A stretch of DNA of 20,395 nt from an archaeon (lineage in GTDB: Archaea; Iainarchaeota; Iainarchaeia; Iainarchaeales; Iainarchaeaceae): positions 1 to 20,395 of the forward strand of contig DATDXA010000059.1 in NCBI GenBank assembly GCA_035289485.1, read 5' to 3'. A program made the position numbers and the translations under genes. This document shows, one piece after another, positions 8,458 through 15,422 of the stretch (the stretch's first letter is position 1; each line of letters begins with the position of its first letter). Under the pieces are notes generated by a model. The model made no database searches. It had not been told where the DNA came from and saw only the letters and a list, made by a program, of their open reading frames with translations.

Positions 8458-9183
8458 ATGGAAAAGGGCGCTGGCGGCAAAGTAAACCATTTCTCAGAGC
8501 AAACCGGCAAATTCTACCAGCTTTTGCCCACAAGAAGCGTTCCTGCGCTAAGGATTAATGCCGTGCCCATGCACCGCTTTGCAAAAGTCGACCCTGCAGA
8601 GCACACACGCAGAATAATTGCAGCCGCAAATCCAACAGGGAAAGTTCTTGATATTTGCACAGGGCTTGGATACACCGCGATTTCCGCTGCGAAGAAAAAT
8701 GCGGTAAAGGAAGTTGTCACGGTTGAAAAGGACCCCGAGGTGCTTGCCCTGGCGCGCGCAAACAGCGCAAGCGCGCAGCTTTTCACAAACCAAAAAATCA
8801 AAATCATCGAAGGGGACGCCGTGGAAAAAATCACTGAATTTGCGGACGCGCAGTTCGACACAATAATACACGACCCGCCCACTTTTGTGATGGCAGAAGA
8901 CCTCTACACACGCAATTTTTGCGCGCAGCTCTACCGCGTGCTAAAAAAGGGCGGAACACTCTGGTTTTATGCCGCGGAGCCTGGGAAGGCTGGAAACTCA
9001 GAGAAAGCAAAAGGCCTTGGCGAGAGGATTTTGAAATATTTGCAGCACACTGGGTTTAAGGAAATAAAACGGGATGAAAATTCGACCGGGATAATTTGCA
9101 GGAAGTGTTCTGAAGACATTGAAGAATTCAAGCGGCTTGTCAGAGGACACGAAAAACTGCTAAGGGCAATAGGGGAACTGTAA
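8458..9183 (+). CDS. SAM-dependent methyltransferase, COG2521-like archaeal family
   Basis: MHR...VDP, VLDICTGLGYTAI, TVEKDPEVL.LA, FD.IIHDPP.F..A..LY...F...LYRVLKKGG. ATG 8458 preferred over TTG 8434. Confidence 0.85.
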   Translation: MEKGAGGKVNHFSEQTGKFYQLLPTRSVPALRINAVPMHRFAKVDPAEHTRRIIAAANPTGKVLDICTGLGYTAISAAKKNAVKEVVTVEKDPEVLALARANSASAQLFTNQKIKIIEGDAVEKITEFADAQFDTIIHDPPTFVMAEDLYTRNFCAQLYRVLKKGGTLWFYAAEPGKAGNSEKAKGLGERILKYLQHTGFKEIKRDENSTGIICRKCSEDIEEFKRLVRGHEKLLRAIGEL

Positions 9184-9217
9184 CTGAGTGGTTTTAGCCA
9201 ATTGGCAAAATCTAATT

Positions 9218-10189
9218 TCACTGCTGCCTGCCTTTTTCCAAAAATGCCTTGTAAGTGTTCATTACTTCTTCAAGGTTTGGCCCCTTGAATCGGTTTTCTC
9301 CAACCCACGCATCGCACACGCTCTTGTACATGTTAGAAACAATTGCCTTGAACTCCTCAGGGAGCGGCTGCGGCTTTGGCCAGTCCGCCTTTTCAACATT
9401 GTTTTTCTTTGCGTTCTCCAAATCGACATACCAAGGGGTTGTCTTGTAATAATCGCGGCACACCTGCTTGCTCACATGTATCCCGTTCCACAAGAAGCGG
9501 TTTTCATCAAGAGTTCCGCACACATCAACAAGCATTATCTCATTTTTCGGGGTTATTCCAAATTCAACCTTGCCATCGGCGTGCTCAAGGCCAATTGAAG
9601 CGGCCTTCTCTGTTAGGAAATCATTGATGTTTAGCGCAATTTCCTTTAGCTCGTATAGCTGGTCTTCTGTGATTTTTGAAAGTTCCATTGCCTCATCCCA
9701 TGAAAGGTAGCGGTCTATTGGCTCTAGCTTTGTGCTCACATCCAAAAATGCCTTCTCGAACTTGAAGCCCGGCTGCGGAATTTCACTAAGCCCCAAATCA
9801 TACGCTTCAAGCTCGCCTGATTCAAGCCTTTTGAAAACTGAAGAGCCTTCTGGAAGCGAATTGCGAAACATCACTTCGAGAGGGACAAGGTAGTTGCGGG
9901 TTTCATCCTTTATCTGGTTGTCCTGCGGCATCAGAACGCGAACTAGGCTCACCTGCATCTTGTTTGGATTTATGAACTTGCGGAAATGCGTTTTTATGTC
10001 AAATTTTGCTTCAATTTCCTTGAAATTATACGATGCCATGCGGCAAAGCGACTCGCCCTTGCCCAGGATTGTGTCCGGCATCTTGCCAAAATCAAAAACA
10101 CTGTAATCGTCCGTGAACTCAAAGACGCCAATGCCCACTGCGTCCTCGGTTGCTTCCTTTTCAACGGTGAGATTTTTTACAGAACCCAT
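9218..10189 (-). CDS. purC: SAICAR synthetase, long MGSVK-type
   Basis: MGSVK, FTDDYSVFDFGKMPD.I.GKG, PLEV.FRN, STKLE..DR, DGKVEFG, DVCGTLDENRF, SKQ..R.YY. Confidence 0.96.
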   Translation of the reverse strand: MGSVKNLTVEKEATEDAVGIGVFEFTDDYSVFDFGKMPDTILGKGESLCRMASYNFKEIEAKFDIKTHFRKFINPNKMQVSLVRVLMPQDNQIKDETRNYLVPLEVMFRNSLPEGSSVFKRLESGELEAYDLGLSEIPQPGFKFEKAFLDVSTKLEPIDRYLSWDEAMELSKITEDQLYELKEIALNINDFLTEKAASIGLEHADGKVEFGITPKNEIMLVDVCGTLDENRFLWNGIHVSKQVCRDYYKTTPWYVDLENAKKNNVEKADWPKPQPLPEEFKAIVSNMYKSVCDAWVGENRFKGPNLEEVMNTYKAFLEKGRQQ

Positions 10190-10220
10190 TTAATCACTAA
10201 TAGAAAGTGATAGGGTTTGG

Positions 10221-10229
10221 TTTATAAAA
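10221..10229 (-). promoter_or_regulatory. TATA box of purC
   Basis: TTTTATAAA on the minus strand 31 nt before the purC ATG. Confidence 0.55.
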
Positions 10230-10314
10230 GATTCCAAAGCGATTTCGCCTGCGGAAAAAATCACGCATTCATGCCGGAAAAATAATTTTTGCCGCAGATT
10301 TTAACTATATCCAT

Positions 10315-10326
10315 GCGTTTAAAAAA
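10315..10326 (+). promoter_or_regulatory. TATA-box region of purA
   Basis: GCGTTTAAAAAA 28 nt before ATG 10355. Confidence 0.55.
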
Positions 10327-10354
10327 GTACATCCGCTCTAGTTCTAAGGGTTGC

Positions 10355-11611
10355 ATGACAGGGACGGTAATTATAGGCTCGCAGTTTGGCGATGAGGGAA
10401 AAGGAAAGGTAACCGACTTTTACTCGGAGAACGCAAACATGGTTGTAAGATACCAGGGCGGCAACAATGCAGGGCACACGGTAGTTGTGAAGGGCGAAGT
10501 TAAGAAATTCCACCTTCTTCCAAGCGGAGTTGTGCAGGGGAAGCGAATACTTATCGGCGCGGGAGTTGTGTTGGATCCGCGCGTTCTCAAAACCGAGCTC
10601 GCGGAACTTAACGGGAAATTTTCACTCGGAGTTGACCCGCGCACGCACATCATAATGCCCTGGCACAATCTTCTTGATGAGGGGCGCGAAGGCTCTCGCG
10701 GCGGAATAAAAATCGGCACCACAAAAAGAGGAATCGGCCCCGCGTACGCTGACAAGGCAGAGAGGCTTGGTATCCGCTTCGAAGACCTTGTGGATGAGAA
10801 GAGGCTGCGCGAAAAGGTTTCTGAAGTTTTCCCTGTGAAAAAGGCAATACTTGAAAAAGTTTACAATATCAAGGTGCCTTTTACGGAGCAGGAAGTTCTC
10901 AAAGAGTACACCGCGCTTGGAAAAGAATTTTCGCAGTACCTTTGCGATGTGAGCCTTGAAACATTTGAAGCGCTTGAGGCAAAAAAGAACGTGCTCTTTG
11001 AGGGCGCGCAGGGAACGTTTTTGGACAACGATTTTGGAACCTACCCATTTGTTACAAGCTCCCACCCGATTTCCGGAGGAGTTGCAACGGGCGTTGGAAT
11101 ACCCGCCGCAAAAATTACCCGCATCATAGGAATTGTGAAGGCATACACTACACGCGTGGGGTTTGGCCCGTTCCCAACTGAACTTTCCGATAAAATCGGA
11201 GAGCACCTAACCGAGCGCGGGCAGGAATTCGGTACAACCACCGGAAGGAAGAGGCGTGTTGGATGGCTTGACCTTCCGATGCTTCGCACCTCAATGAGGC
11301 TCAATGGCTTTACCGAACTTGCAATCACAAAGCTTGATGTGCTCTCTGGGCTAGATAGCGTGAAGGTTGCAAAAAGCTACTCTGTAAACGGCAAGGAAAT
11401 AATGTTTTTTCCATACAGCAACAAGGGAATTGAAAACGCGAAACCGAACTATGCGGAGTTCAAATCATTCAAGGTCACGGGAAAGGAGAAGAAATATTCT
11501 GAATTAGATGCAAACGCGCGCAAGTACCTCGAGTTCATTGAGAAAGAACTTGGGTGCCCGATAAAATTGGTTTCAGTTGGCGCCGGAAGAGAAGAGACGA
11601 TTGTGAAGTGA
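10355..11611 (+). CDS. purA: Adenylosuccinate synthetase (long, bacterial-length form)
   Basis: GSQFGDEGKGK, GGNNAGHT, IGTTKRGIGPAY.DK, EGAQG...D.DFGTYPFVTSS, EFGTTTGRKRRVGW, TKLDVL; 418 aa from ATG 10355. Confidence 0.97.
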   Translation: MTGTVIIGSQFGDEGKGKVTDFYSENANMVVRYQGGNNAGHTVVVKGEVKKFHLLPSGVVQGKRILIGAGVVLDPRVLKTELAELNGKFSLGVDPRTHIIMPWHNLLDEGREGSRGGIKIGTTKRGIGPAYADKAERLGIRFEDLVDEKRLREKVSEVFPVKKAILEKVYNIKVPFTEQEVLKEYTALGKEFSQYLCDVSLETFEALEAKKNVLFEGAQGTFLDNDFGTYPFVTSSHPISGGVATGVGIPAAKITRIIGIVKAYTTRVGFGPFPTELSDKIGEHLTERGQEFGTTTGRKRRVGWLDLPMLRTSMRLNGFTELAITKLDVLSGLDSVKVAKSYSVNGKEIMFFPYSNKGIENAKPNYAEFKSFKVTGKEKKYSELDANARKYLEFIEKELGCPIKLVSVGAGREETIVK

Positions 11612-11618
11612 AGGCATC

Positions 11619-12377
11619 ATGCCAAAAACCAGCTCAAAACCGAAAAGAAAAACAAGATGGAAACAAGCCATAGGAGTTTCCGCAATTTCCGGAGCGCTCA
11701 TGTTTGGCGGCCTGGACGCTGCAAAAAGCAGGATTGAAATTGTGGCAGCGGATAAAGCCAGAGCGGCACTAGAGCAAGAAGCCAAAAGAGAAAGGCCGAT
11801 GCTGGAAACATTGAAATCACGCGGATATTTTCCAACAAGAGATGAGGGTATAGGCGTTGCATATGGCCTGAAGCCAAGGCAACTGTCATTGCTCGGCCAA
11901 TTAAAGCCCGAAACGTCGAGGGGATTATTTTCAGTTTACCAGACCGGAAATAAAAAACTCACATTCATGCCCTCTCCGGTTGCCTACTCTTACCTGAAAG
12001 ATGTAAAAAACCTGACACCCCAGCAGCTTAGGCAAAAATACACCGGGATAGTAAAGCAACTAACGCAAGAAACCGACAAGGTTTCAAACCAGCTGAAGAA
12101 TACAAAAGAAATGGACCCCAGATATAAAACGCGCGAAGAATTTCTCAAACAAATCAGAACACAGGATGGTGTAAGAGAAAAACTTAACCCACGGGAATGG
12201 CAGTTATCGGAAAAACACAGGGAAGTGCGATTTCATCTGGAAAATCTAAAAACTGAGCTTTTCAGGTATTCCCTTTTTTTAGATGCCGGCCTGCCTGAAC
12301 TAGGCATTAGGAATTTTCGTGAGTCTCTTCCGGAAGAAGAGAGGAAAAAATTGGACAGGTTCCTTGATTCATTTTAG
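11619..12377 (+). CDS. Hypothetical protein with putative signal peptide or membrane anchor
   Basis: 252 aa ORF 7 nt after purA. Basic N-region (KPKRKTRWK) then hydrophobic AIGVSAISGALMFGGL; the rest is charged and probably helical; no known family recognised. Confidence 0.75.
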   Translation: MPKTSSKPKRKTRWKQAIGVSAISGALMFGGLDAAKSRIEIVAADKARAALEQEAKRERPMLETLKSRGYFPTRDEGIGVAYGLKPRQLSLLGQLKPETSRGLFSVYQTGNKKLTFMPSPVAYSYLKDVKNLTPQQLRQKYTGIVKQLTQETDKVSNQLKNTKEMDPRYKTREEFLKQIRTQDGVREKLNPREWQLSEKHREVRFHLENLKTELFRYSLFLDAGLPELGIRNFRESLPEEERKKLDRFLDSF

Positions 12378-12383
12378 GATTAT

Positions 12384-12767
12384 TCAGCTCGCGCCGCTTC
12401 TTTTCATGTCGAGCTGCACTTCAACCTGCAGCTTCTTGAAAACGTCCTGGAAAGTGTCAATGAAATCCGAGCCCTTGTAGCCGAAAATCGGCTTTAGCAT
12501 ATCCACGGATTTCTCCTTCTGCTCACCTGAAACAAACAGGATATTTATCGCATCCTTCTGCTCTTTTAGAAGGCTTATGAATGCATTGCGCTCGGTTTGG
12601 GAAATTCCCTTCATCTGCAGCGCCTTTTCAAGCGCGAACTTGGCGCTCGCATCGACCTGGAACTTTGCCTTTTCCATGAGCTTTAGCTTCTTTTTGCGGT
12701 CGGCGCCGAAAATGGAGTCATTTATTTCCTTTGCCTTTGATTCGTACTCTTCCTGAGAAACCTGCAT
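12384..12767 (-). CDS. Hypothetical charged helical protein (127 aa)
   Basis: ATG start with TTTATTAAA 24 nt upstream; convergent with the preceding ORF (6 nt gap). Confidence 0.75.
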   Translation of the reverse strand: MQVSQEEYESKAKEINDSIFGADRKKKLKLMEKAKFQVDASAKFALEKALQMKGISQTERNAFISLLKEQKDAINILFVSGEQKEKSVDMLKPIFGYKGSDFIDTFQDVFKKLQVEVQLDMKRSGAS

Positions 12768-12791
12768 AAAGCAAAAGTAAATGCGGAAGGG

Positions 12792-12807
12792 TTTAATAAA
12801 GATTAAT
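12792..12807. repeat. Direct repeat copy 1, TTTAATAAAGATTAAT (contains minus-strand TATA of 12384-12767)
   Basis: Identical 16-mer at 13386-13401. Confidence 0.8.
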
Positions 12808-12842
12808 TACGGGGATTTCCAAAATTGCTATTCCGTGATATA

Positions 12843-12860
12843 TTTATAATCTTCTGAAGA
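12843..12860 (+). promoter_or_regulatory. hicB TATA box plus adjacent palindrome
   Basis: TTTATAA (12843-12849) 23 nt before the ATG, immediately followed by TCTTC-T-GAAGA (12850-12860). Confidence 0.5.
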
Positions 12861-12872
12861 GGCAGTATAGTT

Positions 12873-13100
12873 ATGCAGAAAAAAAAACAATACAGTTTTG
12901 TCGTACTGATAGAACAGGATTCCGACGGCTGGTTCGTTGCGAAAGTGCCCGATATACAGGGTTGTTATACCCAGGGAAAAACTGTCGCAGAGGCAATGGA
13001 GAGGGTAAAGGAAGCCATTCAAGTTTGCCTTGAAGCTGACGAACTCAAACCAACCACTTCAAAATTCATTGGCGTGCAGAATGTCGAAGTAAGGGTCTGA
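12873..13100 (+). CDS. hicB: HicB family antitoxin (short form, no DNA-binding domain)
   Basis: YSFVVLIEQDSDGWFVAKVPDIQGCYTQGKTVAEAMERVKEAIQVCLE is the HicB N-terminal fold pattern. Confidence 0.93.
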   Translation: MQKKKQYSFVVLIEQDSDGWFVAKVPDIQGCYTQGKTVAEAMERVKEAIQVCLEADELKPTTSKFIGVQNVEVRV

Positions 13101-13105
13101 TTCCA

Positions 13106-13333
13106 ATGCCGCGCCTGATACCGATTTCCGGCAAGGAAATGTGCAGGCTGCTTGAAAAAATAGGCTTCTTACGGGTGCATCAAGTTGGCAGCCATGTCAG
13201 ATACATTCATCCGGATGGGCGCAAAACCGTCGTGCCGGTGCATGGAAACGAGGACATCGGAATCGGAATATTGCTAGAAATACTCAAGCAGGCGGAGATT
13301 TCGCGCAAAGATTACGAAAAATTAAGACGTTAA
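13106..13333 (+). CDS. hicA: HicA family toxin (RNase)
   Basis: P.SGKE..RLLEK.GF....Q.GSH....HPDGRKTVVPVHG...IG.G.L..ILKQA, with the conserved GSH histidine. Confidence 0.93.
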   Translation: MPRLIPISGKEMCRLLEKIGFLRVHQVGSHVRYIHPDGRKTVVPVHGNEDIGIGILLEILKQAEISRKDYEKLRR

Positions 13334-13385
13334 ATGCGAATAATCGCCTCGGTCTTTGTGGTTGCTGCCGTCTTGAATCGCAACC

Positions 13386-13401
13386 TTTAATAAAGATTAA
13401 T
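13386..13401. repeat. Direct repeat copy 2, TTTAATAAAGATTAAT
   Basis: Identical to 12792-12807; lies between the two TA modules. Confidence 0.8.
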
Positions 13402-13481
13402 CCGCAAAAAAAACGTAAAAACTATGCAAAAACATTAACTTTTTATATGTTTTATATACCATTTAGGTTGGTGATTTGTTT

Positions 13482-13739
13482 ATGCAAACATTGGTCAAAT
13501 TAGAAGGGGTCCCAAAAGAGCTTCTCGAAGTTCTTGTGAAAAGGGGATACTTCAAAACAAGGACCGAAGCGATAAGGGCGGGCATACTTTCCCTTGGAAA
13601 GGAATATAGCCTCATTAAGTCCCCAAAAGATTTGGAAAATGAGCTTGTTGCGCTAAAACTTAAAGAGGAAGAGGAAGAAATGAGAAAAAAGGGCGAAAAA
13701 TACATAGGCGAAAAAGAAGCATTGGCAAAATACAGGTGA
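13482..13739 (+). CDS. Ribbon-helix-helix (CopG/Arc/MetJ-like) antitoxin
   Basis: QTLVKL strand then ELLEVLVKRGYFKTRTEAIRAGI helices and a charged C-terminal tail. GGTGAT SD at 13470-13475; GTGA overlap with the toxin. Confidence 0.8.
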   Translation: MQTLVKLEGVPKELLEVLVKRGYFKTRTEAIRAGILSLGKEYSLIKSPKDLENELVALKLKEEEEEMRKKGEKYIGEKEALAKYR

Positions 13740-14017
13740 GGCCCTTGGAACTAGCCCCATGGACATTGGATTACAGGAAAGGATGGGACCGGCATTTTGC
13801 CAAATTCGACAAGGCCGTCCGGGAAAAAATCCTCAAAAAACTCGAACAGATGAAGCAGCCGCTCACATCAAGAGGCATGCACGCATCCAGGTACCAGGTA
13901 GAAGAAGCAGGCCAATATAGGATTGCATTCATTCAGGATGAAAACACGCGTACAAAAAACATACATTTCATCGGCGACCACAAGCAGTATGAAAAATGGT
14001 ACAGGGGGAAAGAGTGA
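13736..14017 (+). CDS. RelE/ParE superfamily toxin
   Basis: 93 aa, basic; W...Y...W.R.F.KFDK..REKILKKLE, G.YRIAF..DE......I.FIG.H; translationally coupled to the RHH gene. Confidence 0.72.
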   Translation: MRPLELAPWTLDYRKGWDRHFAKFDKAVREKILKKLEQMKQPLTSRGMHASRYQVEEAGQYRIAFIQDENTRTKNIHFIGDHKQYEKWYRGKE

Positions 14018-14024
14018 GCCCCGA

Positions 14025-14049
14025 GCAACACCCTTATTAAAAGATTAAT
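14025..14049. repeat. Degenerate direct repeat copy 3, overlapping the glyA-operon TATA box
   Basis: GCAACACCCTTATTAAAAGATTAAT versus GCAACCTTTAATAAAGATTAAT at 13380-13401; shared AAAGATTAAT core. TTATTAAAA at 14034-14042 is positioned as the glyA promoter. Confidence 0.55.
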
Positions 14050-14083
14050 TCCCAATCCTATTTGCCGATTGGAGGTGGCCGTT

Positions 14084-15418
14084 TTGGTTAAAAAAAAGAG
14101 CCTAAAAGAGACAGATTCGCAGATTTTCGAACTAATTGCATCTGAAACAAAAAGGCAGGAAAACGGCCTTGAAATGATACCTTCAGAAAACCACTCAAGC
14201 CCGGCTGTTCGGCAGGCACTTGGCTCTGTTTTTACCGACAAATACTCAGAAGGGTACCCAAAAAAGAGGTACTACGGCGGAAACGAATTCGTTGATGAAG
14301 TTGAACTGCTTGCAATTGACCGCGTAAAAAAGCTCTTTGGAGTCGAGCATGCAAACGTGCAGCCATACTCCGGAAGCCCCGCAAACCACGCGGTTTACTT
14401 TGGCGTGTGCGAACCTGGCGACCCTGTAATGGGCCAGAGCCTAACTGCTGGAGGGCATCTAACGCACGGATGGAAGGTGAATTTTTCAGGAAAATACTAC
14501 AAGAGCGTGCAATACGAAGTGACTCCCGACGGATACATTGATTTTGATAATGTGCGAAAGCTCGCGCTCGAGCACAGGCCAAAACTTATCTGGTGCGGAG
14601 CTACAGCGTATCCGCGCACGCTTGATTTTGCGAAGTTCGGGGCAATTGCGGATGAAATAGGGGCGTACCTCGCAGCTGACATTTCACACATCTCAGGCCT
14701 TGTCGCGGGCGGCGCCCACCCAAGCCCGGTTGAACACGTGCACATCGTTACAACTACCACGCACAAAACCCTTCGCGGGCCGCGCGGTGCAATCATAATG
14801 GTTACGAAAAAAGGAATGGACAAGGACCCTGAGCTCCCTTCGAAAATAGACAAGGGAGTGTTCCCAGGTTTGCAGGGCGGGCCGCATGATCACCAGACCG
14901 CGGCAATCGCTGTTGCGCTTCATGAGGCTTCACAGCCGCAGTTCCGCGAGTACGCCGCGCAGATTGTGAAGAACTCTCACGCGCTTTCTCTCTCGCTTAA
15001 GGAAAACGGGATGAAGCTCGTCACAGGCGGGAGCGATAACCACCTTCTGCTCATAGATTTGACTTCATTTGGAAAAGGAAAGGGACTGTACGCTCAGGAA
15101 GGGCTTGATGCGGTTGGGATTACAACAAACAAGAACACGATTCCAAAAGAACCAAACTCTCCGTTCTACCCAAGCGGGCTGCGCCTTGGAACCCCCGCGC
15201 TCACAAGCAGGGGCATGAAAGAGAAGGAGATGAAAAAAATAGGGGAAATAATGGCTGCAGCGCTCAAAATCGCGTGCGTGCATGAATTCCCCGATGAGAA
15301 GGAAGCGCGCGAAGTTGCAATACGCACGGCAAAGGAAAAAATTGCAAAAGACAAGAAACTTGCTGCCCTGCGCAAGGAAACTCTAAAGCTTTGCAAGAAA
15401 TTCCCGCTGCACAAGTGA
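14084..15418 (+). CDS. glyA: Serine hydroxymethyltransferase, bacterial-type
   Basis: SEN, DKYSEGYP.KRYYGG, NVQPYSGSPAN, GGHLTHG, PLP-lysine motif TTTTHKTLRGPRG, FPGLQGGP, SGLRLGTPA.TSRG. TTG start at 14084 follows SD GGAGGTGG (14071-14078). Confidence 0.97.
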   Translation: MVKKKSLKETDSQIFELIASETKRQENGLEMIPSENHSSPAVRQALGSVFTDKYSEGYPKKRYYGGNEFVDEVELLAIDRVKKLFGVEHANVQPYSGSPANHAVYFGVCEPGDPVMGQSLTAGGHLTHGWKVNFSGKYYKSVQYEVTPDGYIDFDNVRKLALEHRPKLIWCGATAYPRTLDFAKFGAIADEIGAYLAADISHISGLVAGGAHPSPVEHVHIVTTTTHKTLRGPRGAIIMVTKKGMDKDPELPSKIDKGVFPGLQGGPHDHQTAAIAVALHEASQPQFREYAAQIVKNSHALSLSLKENGMKLVTGGSDNHLLLIDLTSFGKGKGLYAQEGLDAVGITTNKNTIPKEPNSPFYPSGLRLGTPALTSRGMKEKEMKKIGEIMAAALKIACVHEFPDEKEAREVAIRTAKEKIAKDKKLAALRKETLKLCKKFPLHK

Positions 15419-15422
15419 AACC

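Noticed and set aside
10230..10314. Possible structured RNA in the purC-purA divergent gap
   Set aside because: Only short imperfect pairings and A/T tracts; no recognisable purine or PRPP riboswitch features, and the segment lies upstream of both TATA boxes.
12792..14049. Repeats interpreted as a CRISPR array
   Set aside because: Only 2-3 short copies about 600 bp apart separated by genes; no cas genes.
11619..14049. Accessory block as an IS element or provirus
   Set aside because: No transposase, integrase, terminal inverted repeats or viral genes in the window.
14018..14083. Possible ZTP or THF riboswitch ahead of glyA-folD-purN-purH
   Set aside because: The gap is only about 66 nt and is taken up by the TATA box and SD; no aptamer-like structure.
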